DNA of 64,000 nucleotides, from assembly GCA_029953675.1 (NCBI GenBank), contig JAMWBK010000004.1, positions 682,001 to 746,000 of the forward strand, written 5' to 3'. A model generated the notes under the pieces. The model had not been told where the DNA came from, made no database searches, and worked only from the letters and a program-made list of their open reading frames with translations. Numbering within the stretch: position 1 is the stretch's first letter; every line of letters begins with the position of its first letter. Of the stretch, positions 44,245 through 55,364 are shown piece after piece. This DNA comes from Rhodosorus marinus CCMP1338. Lineage: Eukaryota; Plantae; Rhodophyta. A program made the translations under genes and the position numbers.

Positions 44245-44769
44245 ATGGAGTTTGGGAGTGTATGGATGGAGGAGGAGTCCGACGTTGTTGCATGGATGAC
44301 GGAAACGATGAGAGCGGCGAAGGCGAAGGCAGCTATGGCACAATTGATGAATCAACACAGCTCTCCGAGAGAGAGCATGGGTATGCCGATGGGGTTACCC
44401 CTTCCGACAATTGAGAAGAAGCGACCGGTGAAACGGAAGAGGACGTACACGACCGCCTCCTGTCCGATCTGCGAAAAGGTTTTCTTCAGAAAGTACGAAA
44501 TGATGCGTCACGTACGGGCAACCCACCTGGGAATGAGGCCTTTCCACTGCGACAGATGCTCGAGCAGTTTCTCCAGAAAGGCTCATCTGCAACTGCACCT
44601 GCTCAAGATTCACCACGTCGACGATCAGCCTATTCCAAATAGAGTTCCCGAGGTACCTGAAACTCAGTCGAGAATGGAGACCTTACCAGATTTACCACCT
44701 CTCCAGCCCGTTGAGGAAGATGTTTCCTCCCAGTTCGCTCTCTATGGAGGAAACTTTAGCTGGGTTTAA
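44245..44769 (+). CDS. C2H2 zinc-finger protein (two fingers), probable transcription factor
   Basis: CPICEKVFFRKYEMMRHVRATH-LGMRPFH-CDRCSSSFSRKAHLQLHLLKIH with a TGERPF-like linker. Basic KKRPVKRKR stretch. TATAAAG at 44177. Confidence 0.9.
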   Translation: MEFGSVWMEEESDVVAWMTETMRAAKAKAAMAQLMNQHSSPRESMGMPMGLPLPTIEKKRPVKRKRTYTTASCPICEKVFFRKYEMMRHVRATHLGMRPFHCDRCSSSFSRKAHLQLHLLKIHHVDDQPIPNRVPEVPETQSRMETLPDLPPLQPVEEDVSSQFALYGGNFSWV

Positions 44770-45658
44770 TGACCGCAGAAGTCGCCAGCTAGCAAAATAC
44801 CGAGAAGAATCTGTCCTTTTTCATCTATGTAACGAATTTACTCAGTAGATACGAACTGTTAATAAAAAACTCTCCAATTGACTAAGAATCAGAGGTATTT
44901 CCCGCCGTCTTCGGCGAACTAATTGCCCCAGGCGTTCTTCAAGTGACGGAACAAGCGGTAGGGACTGGGCTCCCGATTCGGAGCTGGCGAAAGTCTATCG
45001 CTAGGATACTTCAATGTGACCTTCATACAGCTGATCCTTGACGATCCTAGCCGATAAAGTGCATCGCAGCATAACACCGGTTCGAAAACTTTGCGCTCGC
45101 AAACACCACATGCAGTATTCACGAAAGGACCACGTGGATGGGTGGAAGGCCTGAGGTAAAGCATCCCGTACAGTAGCTTGACTGAAGCTGACAACAGACC
45201 TGGGCCGCGCTCTATAGCAGGCTAAAGATAGCCATGCGCTCGACGGCGACGACTCCCGATCGGATGCGGACACGTGTCTCGCTGGCATGATGTTATACAC
45301 TCCTCATCCAGCTGCGGCTTAGTGAGCTTTTTCTAGCCCAGAACGGGTTCCACAGGTTAGCCATCCGTCCGTAGTGATTAGCGGCTGCCTCTTTTTGCTC
45401 GAATCAGTCCGTTTAGCTGCTTTGCTATAACAACGGATCTACGTGGATGAGTGTCCGATGTGGACATGAAGGGTTGCTCCCCTGACTTTCGTGGCAACCA
45501 TAGACACTGAAAGGCAACACCCATTACATTCAGATATCTTCAGTTCCCCATGAAGTTTGTTATTTTTTTATTCAACACGTTTGGACCCTCTGAAGCTCAC
45601 AACAGGCACACTAAAGCCAGTCATCTAAATGTACAGAACTACCCTTTTGCGGCCAAAT

Positions 45659-46024
45659 TTATGCCGTGGACGGGTTAAGTGCATCGTCCCAACGGACGGT
45701 GAAGCATCTCCCGAGGTAGGGGTAGCAAACGGTCTCGGCTTGATTGTCATCTTCCCTGATTCCAGCAGACGGCTGAAAATTGGCGAGGAGATCCGGCACA
45801 TCTTCCTGCATGCCTTCGTCTATCCACTTTTTAAGCCCAACTTCACCACCCGGGAACCCACCGCAAAGGTAGTTCTTCCACACGCTGTTGTTGTCGTTGA
45901 TGATTTCTACTCCCTTTTCCGACTAGCTTTGATGCGTTTTCGCCATCTGCACTCGTGCTGGACACGCACGGCGTGCCTGAGTCGCCTTTCCACACAAAGA
46001 TCCAGCAGAAACTAATCCAATCAT
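45659..46024 (-). pseudogene. Pseudogene copy of the small putative plastid protein
   Basis: Same length as 54999-55364, but TGG has become TAG (plus-strand CTA at 45923-45925), giving ...HQS*SEKG. Confidence 0.8.
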
Positions 46025-47443
46025 TGTGATATACTTCTACTTTCGATAGAGGAAATTCCGCAAGTTGTTTTCTATATAGGTTGTTGTTGTCTTTCTCACT
46101 GTTGTGTCTGTCCTGGTCTCCCACCTCGATCAATGCCCTCTCACGCCTTCGTCCCTTCTTTATAGTCTTCCAGCGTTGATTCCAATACGATCGGTAATCG
46201 TGATCGGCAAAGTCTTTTGTAAAAACACAGCTGACTGACCAGCACGACTTCCACTCTTAAACACGAGTTCGCGAAAAGTTGGATTCGATCGGGGCTAAGG
46301 CCGTTGATCATAGAATGATTTCCTAAAGTGCTGAAACTGCTCTTGTGCACTTGTCCTCGCCTATCTCCACTAAACATGAATCAACGAAAGGATGAAAGTC
46401 AGCAATTGAATCAGTTCTCTATAGACTGTGCAGCGACGGTTCAAGCAAGGGCAATGAGACTCTCGCCCAGTCCATGCGTTCCAAACGTTGCGAAGGGCTG
46501 ACCACCACCTTTTCATGATCAGGTCGGTCCCTGCTCCGATCGGGCTGAAACCTCCGTTCGCAAACGCAATTCGATCAAAACTTGCCGAGGTGTTGGAGCA
46601 TACCTTCGAAAGGAGCGCAACGTCTACTGGGTGAGCTCATCAAGTGCTGGTAGGCTGCCTCGCTTGACGTACTCCCCAGCGCGCTCCCTCGCCTAACCGC
46701 TCATGGTTCCAGGCCACGTAAATCAAGCAATTCCCCAAAATAGATTAAGCGCAAATCACTTTACAGTCTACAAACATTACAAGCTTCATAGTACAGAACT
46801 GTTTTCTTTATTTGTCACTGAACATCCAAGTATAAGATGAATAACCCAAATAATTACAATAATAAAAATAATGCCGATATTAAGCTCAAATTAGGACAGC
46901 CTTTAATCTAGGAGGATACCACTGAATTGGGTATCTCGTCTAAAATATATATGTTTAAGAACAATATTGATTTGTATTGTTCATGATTAGGGTTTTTTGA
47001 TCATGATAAACATCGGTCCTACCGTAGATATAGGCACTCAAAGAATAGAATTTTATTCGTCCACGACTACGTGACGTGGATCCATTCATACATCTTTACT
47101 GATGATATCATGTAATTTGATTTGAAAAGGATTAATTTGGCGTCCGAATTTAGCGGTGTCGTCGATGAACTTGTAGAGGGTTTGGCAAACAGCTGCGCAA
47201 CTAACCTGGTGCTTTCCCAGAGGGGGAGCCAGCTCTGACTTCAACGCCTCATAGATTTATGTGCTGTGGGAGCGTGGAGGGGTGATGACTGATTACGCAC
47301 GTCAGGAGAGAATCTTTTTATTGGGAAAGCATTGGCCGAAAACTGTCGGACGGTTTCGTGCCTTTTGCCCCTCTCTGCAGGAATCCCTGCTTGAATGCTT
47401 TGGAGAGGCTTTCAGAACTTCAGTTAGACGCTTTTCGTAAACG

Positions 47444-47752
47444 AATGAATTTGGTTCAATCGGATGCTGAAAGAAAAGAAACCCGAGGGGAAAAAAAGAC
47501 TAAGGGCGGCGAAGATCGCGCGCCTCCAACATCAAAGCAGCGTTCATACGCCACCGCAATAAACTTAAAACGGGTAAACAACGAGAGAAGACGGACAGGG
47601 CGTTCGCGGAACAATTCCCGAAGCCAACGAGAACCAATGGAATCCATAAACCCAAAGCACTCAATGACCAGAGGTACCGGGCGATGAGCTAGAGCCGAAG
47701 CACGAATGCTTGGGAAAGACAAGGCCCCCGCATACTTCAATCCTTTGTGACG
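47444..47752 (-). mobile_element. 5'-truncated family B copy; empty site in duplicate copy 2
   Basis: MKYAGALSFPSIRASALAHRPVPLVIECFGFMDS... Flanks TAAACG / ACGGAAGGGCG correspond to TGAACGGCAGGGCG at ~56807. Confidence 0.9.
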
Positions 47753-47755
47753 GAA

Positions 47756-47990
47756 GGGCGATGTTTTCAGCTAGGATGGATTGCTGAATCCCCTTTAGCT
47801 TGATCTCAAGTCGGTGATGTTGCCAACGGGGATGGATTGCGGAACCCCTCAAAAAAAGGAAGAAATGTATTTGTTCAAGCGGGCGATGTTGGGATGGATT
47901 GCGGAAAACCCTTGTATTTGTTCAAGAGGGCGGTTTTGTCAAGCTGGGATAGGATGCTGAGCCTCCTTGTATTTGTTGAACAGGGCTTTT
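47756..47990 (+). repeat. Degenerate 54-bp tandem repeat, copy 1
   Basis: Recurring GGATGGATTGC(T/G)GAA and GTATTTGTTCAAG. Confidence 0.8.
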
Positions 47991-48799
47991 GGATGCTGCG
48001 CATTGGGTCTAGTGTATTTGTGCTATGTAGATTGGCGCCGTGGCCCCTGCCCGCCGAAACGAATCAACGAGTTTGCCAATTTCTACTTGAAGTTTGGTAT
48101 AGAGAATAGTCATGCACACTGCTATGAGATCCGGATGCTACTACGAACCCGATGGATAGCCTGGGCGTCTTCTTGATCAACAAAAAGGGCTTTTTTGTCA
48201 ATATCGATTTTCTACTGGCCTCTGACCCGTTTAACGATGTCGACCGATGCCGGTACCTCGCCCTAGACCGTAAAGATACCTGTGATTCAGTCGCTGGGTC
48301 TGGACCCGCGTGTGGGCTTTTCAGGGAGCCCTTGGACCCTTCTGTTCCAATCCACAACCAACCGGTACATTAACAGGCGAGGTGCCCAAGCGTCTGATCA
48401 GTTGACAATCCGCACCGGGCCTGAAGGATTAAAGGGCCTGAAACCAACTCATGCAAACACCAAATTTAGTAATCGTTTTACGGAAGTCCTTGTCGTCTAC
48501 GTAAAGGGGCGCAATGATGACATGGCTTTTGCGTGAATGGGTCTATATGTTTCTTGGTGAAGGAGCTCCAGCGTTGCCAAACGACGCCGTTTCTGAAACA
48601 TGTATTGCCCAGGCCCCGAAGCTCTTAGTATGAATTCATACGCTCTCAGCGTAAAGGGGAAAAGGTCCATCGGATGTATTTTGCGATCTGTACCTTGTCT
48701 GGTCTCGCTTCATCTTATCTAACTTCACTTGACTTCATGTGGATGTGAGCTCGTTTGAATATTTCAACTCGGCTAGAGTTCCTGTGAATTATAGTGATT

Positions 48800-49765
48800 T
48801 TATTCATCGGATGGCCTTCCTTCGTATAAATGTTCGATGTCCACCCACTTATTGTCTAAAAGGTTGTAGCTATATGCCCGATCATATCCGTCCCCACCAT
48901 TCACATAATCGTATTCACTCCCGTTGACGCTCAGGTCTTTGAATATGTCGTCTCCACCTTCTCCCCAAGCTGTGTCCTTGCCACCACCCAGACTAATCAC
49001 GTCGTTGCCCTCGCCTCCGTAGATGCTATCTTTACCGTTGCCGCCCTTAATTATATCATCACCGTCATCTCCAAAGATGAAATCTTGCGCTCCACTCCCA
49101 TGAAGGTAGTCGTTACCTCCGTTGCCGATTATCACATCTGCCTCCATTGTTCCGAAGATTCGATCATCAATATCGGTTCCAACGAAGAGGTGTGGGCACT
49201 TAATCTTCATCAAACACCCTCCAGTAGTTCCCCTACAACGCGAATCGTCGATAATAGCTTGTCTATTCACACCATTGTACTCGATATCAGCCACAATTGT
49301 CAGCGTTCTGAAGGTTTTACAGCAGTTGGAAGCCGCTGGACTCATTGTGTAGTCGTATCTGACGACAGTTAAGTTGTCCCCAGATTCATCCAGTTGAAAA
49401 TCGTCCAGCTTGTGAGCCTCGTCCACTGAGCCCTCCAGGAGACCCACACGCACCCTCTTGATGTAGTAGCCGAGTCTCGTCGTTCTGAAGGTCAGCTTTG
49501 CGCTTGTTACCCCAGTAGTGCGATCGTAGTTATTCTTCATACACACTGAAACCATGATATTAAACTGGTCCCGCATATCTCGACAGAAAGTGTCTCGTGC
49601 CCAGAACACCCTCCGTTCAGGAACTGGAACTGTAGCCGTGTCGCCAGGTGGGATCGACACTTTGGCAAAAGGAGGCATTGGGAAGTCCGAACATGTGCTC
49701 TGCGCTGATGCATAGTTCACCGCCACTACCATCGCCAGAAGGCTCAACTTAATAAACGTTGTCAT
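48800..49765 (-). CDS. Secreted protein: Cys-containing N-terminal domain plus RTX/hemolysin-type Ca-binding repeats, copy 1
   Basis: Signal peptide MTTFIKLSLLAMVVAVNYASA. GGxGxD-type nonapeptides GNGGNDYLH, GDDGDDIIK, GGNGKDSIY, GGEGNDVIS, LGGGKDTAW, GEGGDDIFK and GGDGYDRAY. TATA-like element ~123 bp upstream. Confidence 0.93.
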   Translation of the reverse strand: MTTFIKLSLLAMVVAVNYASAQSTCSDFPMPPFAKVSIPPGDTATVPVPERRVFWARDTFCRDMRDQFNIMVSVCMKNNYDRTTGVTSAKLTFRTTRLGYYIKRVRVGLLEGSVDEAHKLDDFQLDESGDNLTVVRYDYTMSPAASNCCKTFRTLTIVADIEYNGVNRQAIIDDSRCRGTTGGCLMKIKCPHLFVGTDIDDRIFGTMEADVIIGNGGNDYLHGSGAQDFIFGDDGDDIIKGGNGKDSIYGGEGNDVISLGGGKDTAWGEGGDDIFKDLSVNGSEYDYVNGGDGYDRAYSYNLLDNKWVDIEHLYEGRPSDE

Positions 49766-50689
49766 TCTTCCTTAGTCAAACGAGTTGCTCTCAGACAAAA
49801 CCTCTCTGTCAGTACTCGTTGACTCTGTTGCTGGATCTTTAGGCTTGCACCATCCACACACAAAGACGCATAAGGATACCCTTATATAGCCTGGGCCGGA
49901 AGATTCTGCCGGAAGCCAGCCCGAGGTTTCCACGGAAAAGGCTTCTGTTTACAGTCAAGGTGGGAACGGCCAACGAGGTGGAGACGACGAGGTAAGTCGC
50001 CATGTTGCACATGCTAGGAATATCACCGGCTGCCGTTGGAATTGTCTCAACGTATGAATTCTATTGTACTACAGAAAAACTCAGAGGAAAGCTAGAGAGC
50101 TCAGTTGAGGAAGCATATGCTTGGAATATCATCAGCAGCCGATAGATTTCTCCCTCGTCTGGATGTTATGATACTAAAGCAAAATTCGCCCACGAAAGTG
50201 TAAAGAACCCAGTAGAGGAATATCTACTGTTTGCACTCCTAGTTCTAACGTGTGCTATTCTTTCATTTTGCGCGAAACCCCGAGTATGTGGAGCGGCAGC
50301 GTACCAACGTAGCTTACTCTCATTTCCAGAATTGGAAAATGGTCGTTGAGTGTTCGCAGAGAAAACTTCATAGAAAAACAAATCGAAATTTTTCTGCTTC
50401 CGTTCGGTCCCTGGCATCCGCTCCCCTTGGAAATGAGGCAGCGCCGACGTTCGCATTCTTAGAGAACCGCAGGTAGAACAATTGATGGACAAATCACCCT
50501 CGCTGATCCCAGCATTTCCATCGACTAGGATTGGTTGTGTATTCTATCTTGGCGTTCAACTCTCCAAATGAAAAAGACCAGTCGCCACGTCAGAAACATT
50601 CATTCATCCCACTTCGGGCAGCACTTCAGTCGTTATAACCATCGAGAACTAAACCGTTCTGCGGAGAGTTTTCCTCTCTCAATTCGACT

Positions 50690-50723
50690 GAATTGAAATA
50701 AAGGGTTTCCTTTATTTCAATTC
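50690..50723. other. Perfect 15-bp hairpin specific to duplicate copy 1
   Basis: GAATTGAAATAAAGG-gttt-CCTTTATTTCAATTC. Absent at the paralogous position ~59490-59520. Confidence 0.85.
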
Positions 50724-51083
50724 GATAAAACCGACGGGGTAGTTAAGTTGCTCCGACAAAGAAAGTCGTGGAGGCAAGGGAGTGATGCAGTTTCCGGAGG
50801 GACCACCTCAGCGGCGCTTTTCCGTCTCGCAGGCATACTTTATGATTGCTGCCAAGGCATTGAATGGATTGATATGGGCTGTCATAAATCGTCAGATAAA
50901 CTCTATTGAAATCCATAACAAATTTTGAGCGTGTCTATTTGAGATTATACACAAAAACGAGTCTGATTTCCATGTCCGATTAAACGCCTAGATTCAGTCA
51001 ACATCAGCCAATCATCAATCATCATCGGTACACATATTGAATCATGATTATTTCTTATAATGACAGACTGTCACTCCGGGTAC

Positions 51084-51569
51084 TGAATGAATTTATTTAA
51101 TCGCAGGCAAAACTGAAAACCCCCCGCGGCGAAGAAAAAGACTAAAAGCCCGGCGAAGAAAAAGACTAAAAGCCCGGCGAAGATCGCGGGCCTCCAACAT
51201 CAAAGCAACGTTCATACACCACAGCAAGAATCTAAAACAGGTAAACAACGAGGACAGACGGTCAGGGCGTTCGCGGAACAATTCACGAAGCCAACGAGAA
51301 CCAATGGAATCCATAAGCCCAAAGCACTCAATGACCAGAAGTACTGGGCGATGAGCTGGAGCCGAAGCATGAATGCCCGGGGAAGACAAGGCCCCCGCAC
51401 GTTTCAACTCTTTGCGACGTTTCATATTGGCAGCGGCAAAGCCACGGCGCTCTCCCACAGCCGACAAATAGCGACCAGCCTGAGGATTAGCAAAGGCAAG
51501 ATCAACGTACGTCGAACGGCGGCTATTGTAACAGGTGACCACGAGGCCAGCGACGCGGCGTTCATCATT
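51084..51569 (-). mobile_element. 5'-truncated family B copy with in-frame RLE region and an internal 24-bp duplication
   Basis: YVDLAFANPQAGRYLSAVGERRGFAAANMKRRKELK...ECFGLMDSIG. GCGAAGAAAAAGACTAAAAGCCCG occurs twice. Confidence 0.92.
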
Positions 51570-51605
51570 CTAGCAAACGACGGTTGGGAAATTCGATCAC
51601 TGAGG

Positions 51606-51845
51606 GGTGGTTTGCTAGCATAGCCTGATGCGCTACGCAAGACGTAAAAGGAAATTAGGGACTAGAGAGAAGAGCGTGCAAGCCCAGGGGGCGGTGGCGC
51701 GTCCTCGGCGAGAATGTTGCTGGAATACCGCGAGAGAGCGACACTGAATTGAAGTGTGCTAATCATTAGGCGACACTCATCACGCATATACGGAGTTGTT
51801 GATAATTCATGCTCGGCATCTGGTCGTGTTTGAAGGAGATGCATT
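51606..51845 (-). mobile_element. Old family A 3' fragment
   Basis: GCTAGCATAGCCTGATGCGCTACGCAAG. Translates SVALSRYSSNILAEDA..LGL. Confidence 0.75.
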
Positions 51846-52277
51846 GATAATTCCCAAGCCCAAGTGGAAGGTAGAGATGGAAGAGCGAGAAGACTGTTGG
51901 GAAAAAAGGGTTTAAAAAAGTAGACACAACTGCATTCTTGGGATCTGTGAAAGTTTTAAGTGGGACAGCTTATGGATCGTTTGGTGTTTGGGCTTTTGAA
52001 CAACATCAGTGCGAAGCAGGCACGTTCTCGCGCAGAAGATCGAAGTGTTGGTGACCAAACTTCGTCGAGACCATCTTTGCCTGTGGGATTAGTCGCGGGA
52101 GAGCATCAATCATTCGCTGAGGTTGATAATCGAGCTTTTGGTGGAAACTAGAGCGGTTGATATTTTAGTTTTGGATTTAGGGTAAGTAATGGTTTCTTTA
52201 TGAGTGGCGCACTACGATTTTCAATGTGGTTGAGAAAACGATTGATTATAAATCAATATTTATCATTGATTGAATAA

Positions 52278-52438
52278 TATCGGACGCCAACATGTCGTTA
52301 TCTGACAAATCAAGCGAATTGTTTTTGTTATTCAGACTTAATAAGCTTATATCGGACGTGTGCAGAGGTTAAACAATATAATTATTCCGTAATTGCATGT
52401 CCGATAAACGATCTGAGACCGTCCGATATTTATCGGAC
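52278..52438. repeat. Cluster of five TATCGGAC motifs in direct and inverted orientation
   Basis: TATCGGAC at 52278, 52350 and 52431. GTCCGATA at 52399 and 52421. Confidence 0.8.
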
Positions 52439-53149
52439 ATTTGTTTATCACATACAAACGACAACCAAGATTTTGATTTCGGAACACCCCGATTTGAATG
52501 AATTGGTTTACTGTCTTCAGTTCTCCAACACATAGAGGTTCATCAACCGTTAGGAAGAACAGCATCTCCTTCCAAATATCCTCTGCGTAAGTTTTCACGA
52601 AAAGAGTCCTTCCCACTTTATGGCTGCAACCCCGGTTTCTTTGGTTCAGTATGCCAACAGCGGGATTGGCTGTAAGTGATGATCAGCGGGACCGATTAGC
52701 TCATCGACTAGCTCACCATAAGTTTTTCACTCATCTTGAATACATCCGTCGTCAGCAAAGCGAAAACCTCTAAAAAAAAACTAGAAACTCTGGTTGCCGT
52801 GCGAACCGCCCTGCCGCTCCCGGAGCGGACTGATCGTTAGCACAGACGTTTTAGCGATGTAGCCCCGTGCCGTCTCTGCCCGCGTAGTGTTCTTCTTCTT
52901 TGAAATACCTCCTCGGTACTTCGCCAAATTGCGGTTTCCGTAACGACTTCAGCCCTTCCAAACTATTTAGATGGAAGGTCCAGAGATACTTCAACCCTAA
53001 ATTTTTTTTTCAGATAAAGCACGAGAGTGCATAATGCGGTTGTCCCGAAGCAGTATTTCACTTCGCTGGTATTTATCCTGGAAAAAAATACCGCCGTTCA
53101 GTAACCGCACCGAGGACGCAATTAATTGGGGCTTTGGGTATATGGATTC

Positions 53150-53446
53150 TCTGCGCTGCGGGAGTTGTTCTCCAGGCATTCGTGTTTTGGCTGTAGCTCA
53201 TCGCCTGGGACCTCTGGTCATTGAGTGCTTTGGATTTATGGATTCCGTTGGTTCTCGTTGGCTTCGGGAATTGTTCCGCGAACGCCCTGTCCCGTCTGTC
53301 CTCGTTGTTTACCCGTTTAAGTTTCTTGCTGTGGCGTATGAACGCTGCTTTGATGTTGGAGGCGCGCGATCTTTGCCGCGCATAGTCTTTTTTCCCCAGG
53401 GGGGGGGGTTTTCTTTCAGTCGCCGATTAAACCACTTCATTCGTAT
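53150..53446 (+). mobile_element. 5'-truncated family B copy
   Basis: PLVIECFGFMDSVGSRWLRELFRERP..., ending CGATTAAACCACTTCATTC, which is part of a 17-bp hairpin (53430-53468). Confidence 0.9.
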
Positions 53447-53584
53447 TTTATATACGAATGAAGTGGTTATAAACTAAATCCTTGTAATTGGTAGCCATTG
53501 TTCTCGGCCTAGTGACCGCGAAAGTCTGCCAAATAGCAAAAGAACGAGAAAAATCTGTCTCCTTTTCATAGATGTATCGAATTC

Positions 53585-54165
53585 ACTGGACTTTACTAGC
53601 ATAGCCTGAAGCGCTACGCAAGGCGTGAAGATGAACTAATAACTAGGGAGGGAAGCATGCAACCCCAGGCGCCGATGGCGCGCCTCGGAAAGCATGTCGC
53701 TGGAATATCGCCAAAGGGAGACACTTAAACGCCTCAAGAGCGCCAAATATTCAGTAGGATGCTCAGCAAAACATTTCCGCAACCACTCTAAACCCGACTT
53801 ATCCACGTGACCAAAGCTTTCCACAATGAATGGCTGGAACCGGTGAGAGCGACCCTCAGCGCAAGGCAGACTGGCCATGCTCTCAGCATACCGTCGTTCC
53901 TTAACTCTTCGAAGGGCTGAAGCCGCGGCCCCCCGGCGGCGGGCGGCTGCGGTGAGGTGGGCGCTGGCCACGGGGCAGGTAATCGCAAGGTCCACATATG
54001 TTGAGCGTCTGGCAGCAGCGTCGGAGACGAGGAGATCGGCTATACAACGGGGCGGTGCAGAGTCCGAGATGGATCTGGGCAGTTCCGACTCAACCTCAAC
54101 CGTATGCCCTATCCGAGTCAAAGATTCGCTGAGGATGTACTTGAGGCGAGTCCTCAGTGGATGCG
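53585..54165 (-). mobile_element. Young 5'-truncated family A copy with an open RLE domain
   Basis: Open frame ..HPLRTRLKY..VEVESEL..IADLLVSD..TYVDLAITCP..RVKERRY..FQPFIVESFGHVDKSG..RRLSVSLWR. Tail ACTGGACTTT. Confidence 0.93.
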
Positions 54166-54998
54166 AAATGTTAGCAAAAAAAGCTCTCAAAAAAATGGAC
54201 TCAGAACAGCCGTATTTTCCGCCGTCTTCAGCGAACTAATCGACACGCAGTCGTTCTGCAAGTGACGGAACAAGTGGTAGGGACTGGGTTCCCGATTCGG
54301 AGCTGGCGTAAGTCTGTTGCTAGGATAGTTCAATGTGACCTTCATACCGTTGATCCTGAACGATCCTATAGCCGATAAAGTGCATCGCAGCATAGCACTG
54401 GTTAGAAAACTAGGCCGCAGGCACTCCATGCAGTTGTCTTAGTTCACGGAAGGACCACGTGGATGGGTGGAATGTCTGAGGCAAAATATCCCGCACAGTA
54501 TCTTGACTAAAGCTGAAAACAGACCCGAACCGCGCTTTTTAGCAGGCTAAAGATAGCCATGCGCTCGACGAGGACGACTCCCGATCCGGTTGCGGACGCG
54601 TGTCTCACTGGCATGATGAGATTCACCCCTCATCCAGCTATGGCTTGGTGAGCTTTTTCTAGCCCAGAACGGGTTCCACAGGTTAGCCACAGGTTAGCCA
54701 CCCATCCGCAGTGATCAGGGGCTGCCTATTTTCGCGAATCAGTCCATTCAGCTGCTTTGCTCTTGCTATAACAACGGATCTACGTCAATGAGTGTCCGAT
54801 GTGCACATGAAGGGCTGCTCCCATGACTTTGGTGTCAACCATCGACACTGAAAGGCAACACCCATTACATTCAGGTATCTTTAGTTCCCCATGAAGTTTG
54901 TTATTTTTTATTCAACACGTTTGGACCCTCTGAAGCTCACAACAGGCACACTAAAGCCAGTCATCTAAATGTACAGAACTACCCTTTTGCGGCCAAAC

Positions 54999-55364
54999 TT
55001 ATGCCGTGGACGGGTTAAGTGCATCGTCCCAATGGACGGTGAAGCATCTCCCGAGGTAGGGGTAGCAAACGGTCTCGGCTTGATTGTCATCTTCCTTGAT
55101 TCCAGCAGACGGCTGAAAGTTGGCGACGAGATCCGGCACATCTTCCCGCATGCCTTCGTCTATCCACGTTTGGAGGCCAACTTCACCACCCGGGAACCCA
55201 CCGCAGAAGTAGTTCTTCCACGCGCTGTTGTTGTCGTTGATAATTTCTACTCCCTTTTCAGACCAGCTTTGATGAGTTCTCGCCATCTGCACTCGTGCTG
55301 GACACGCACGGCGTGCCTGAGTCGCCTTTCCACACAAAGATCCAGCAGAAACGAATCCCATCAT
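54999..55364 (-). CDS. Small (121 aa) putative plastid-targeted protein of unknown function
   Basis: MMGFVSAGSLCGKATQARRACPARVQMA resembles a red-algal transit peptide (F near the N-terminus, Ala/Arg/Ser-rich, no acidic residues). The mature part contains WKNYFCGGFPGGEVGL..W..G. TATAAAG ~138 bp upstream. Confidence 0.6.
   Translation of the reverse strand: MMGFVSAGSLCGKATQARRACPARVQMARTHQSWSEKGVEIINDNNSAWKNYFCGGFPGGEVGLQTWIDEGMREDVPDLVANFQPSAGIKEDDNQAETVCYPYLGRCFTVHWDDALNPSTA

Larger units (their letters stand above)
47284..48373 (+). pseudogene. Decayed gene with 18-aa Cys-rich repeats, copy 1 (interrupted by a family B insertion)
   Basis: Pieces MTDYARQ..RFRAFCPSL, GRCFQLGWIAE repeats, RINEFANF.LKFGIENS and FVNIDF.LASDPFND..VPIHNQPVH* are shared with copy 2. 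Stops and frameshifts present. Confidence 0.5.
44893..53080. repeat. Tandem segmental duplication, copy 1
   Basis: Collinear with ~54209-61400. Anchors include CCGCCGTCTTC.GCGAACTAAT, the small gene, the 54-bp repeats, the RTX gene, GGTGACCAAACTTCGTCGAGACCATCTTTG and GTCGTCAGCAAAGCGAAAACC. Ends are approximate. Confidence 0.88.

Noticed and set aside
45629-46015. Plus-strand ORFs 45629-46015 and 54969-55535
   Set aside because: Antisense to the minus-strand gene, which has a transit-peptide-like start and TATA. The plus-strand stops are not conserved between the copies.
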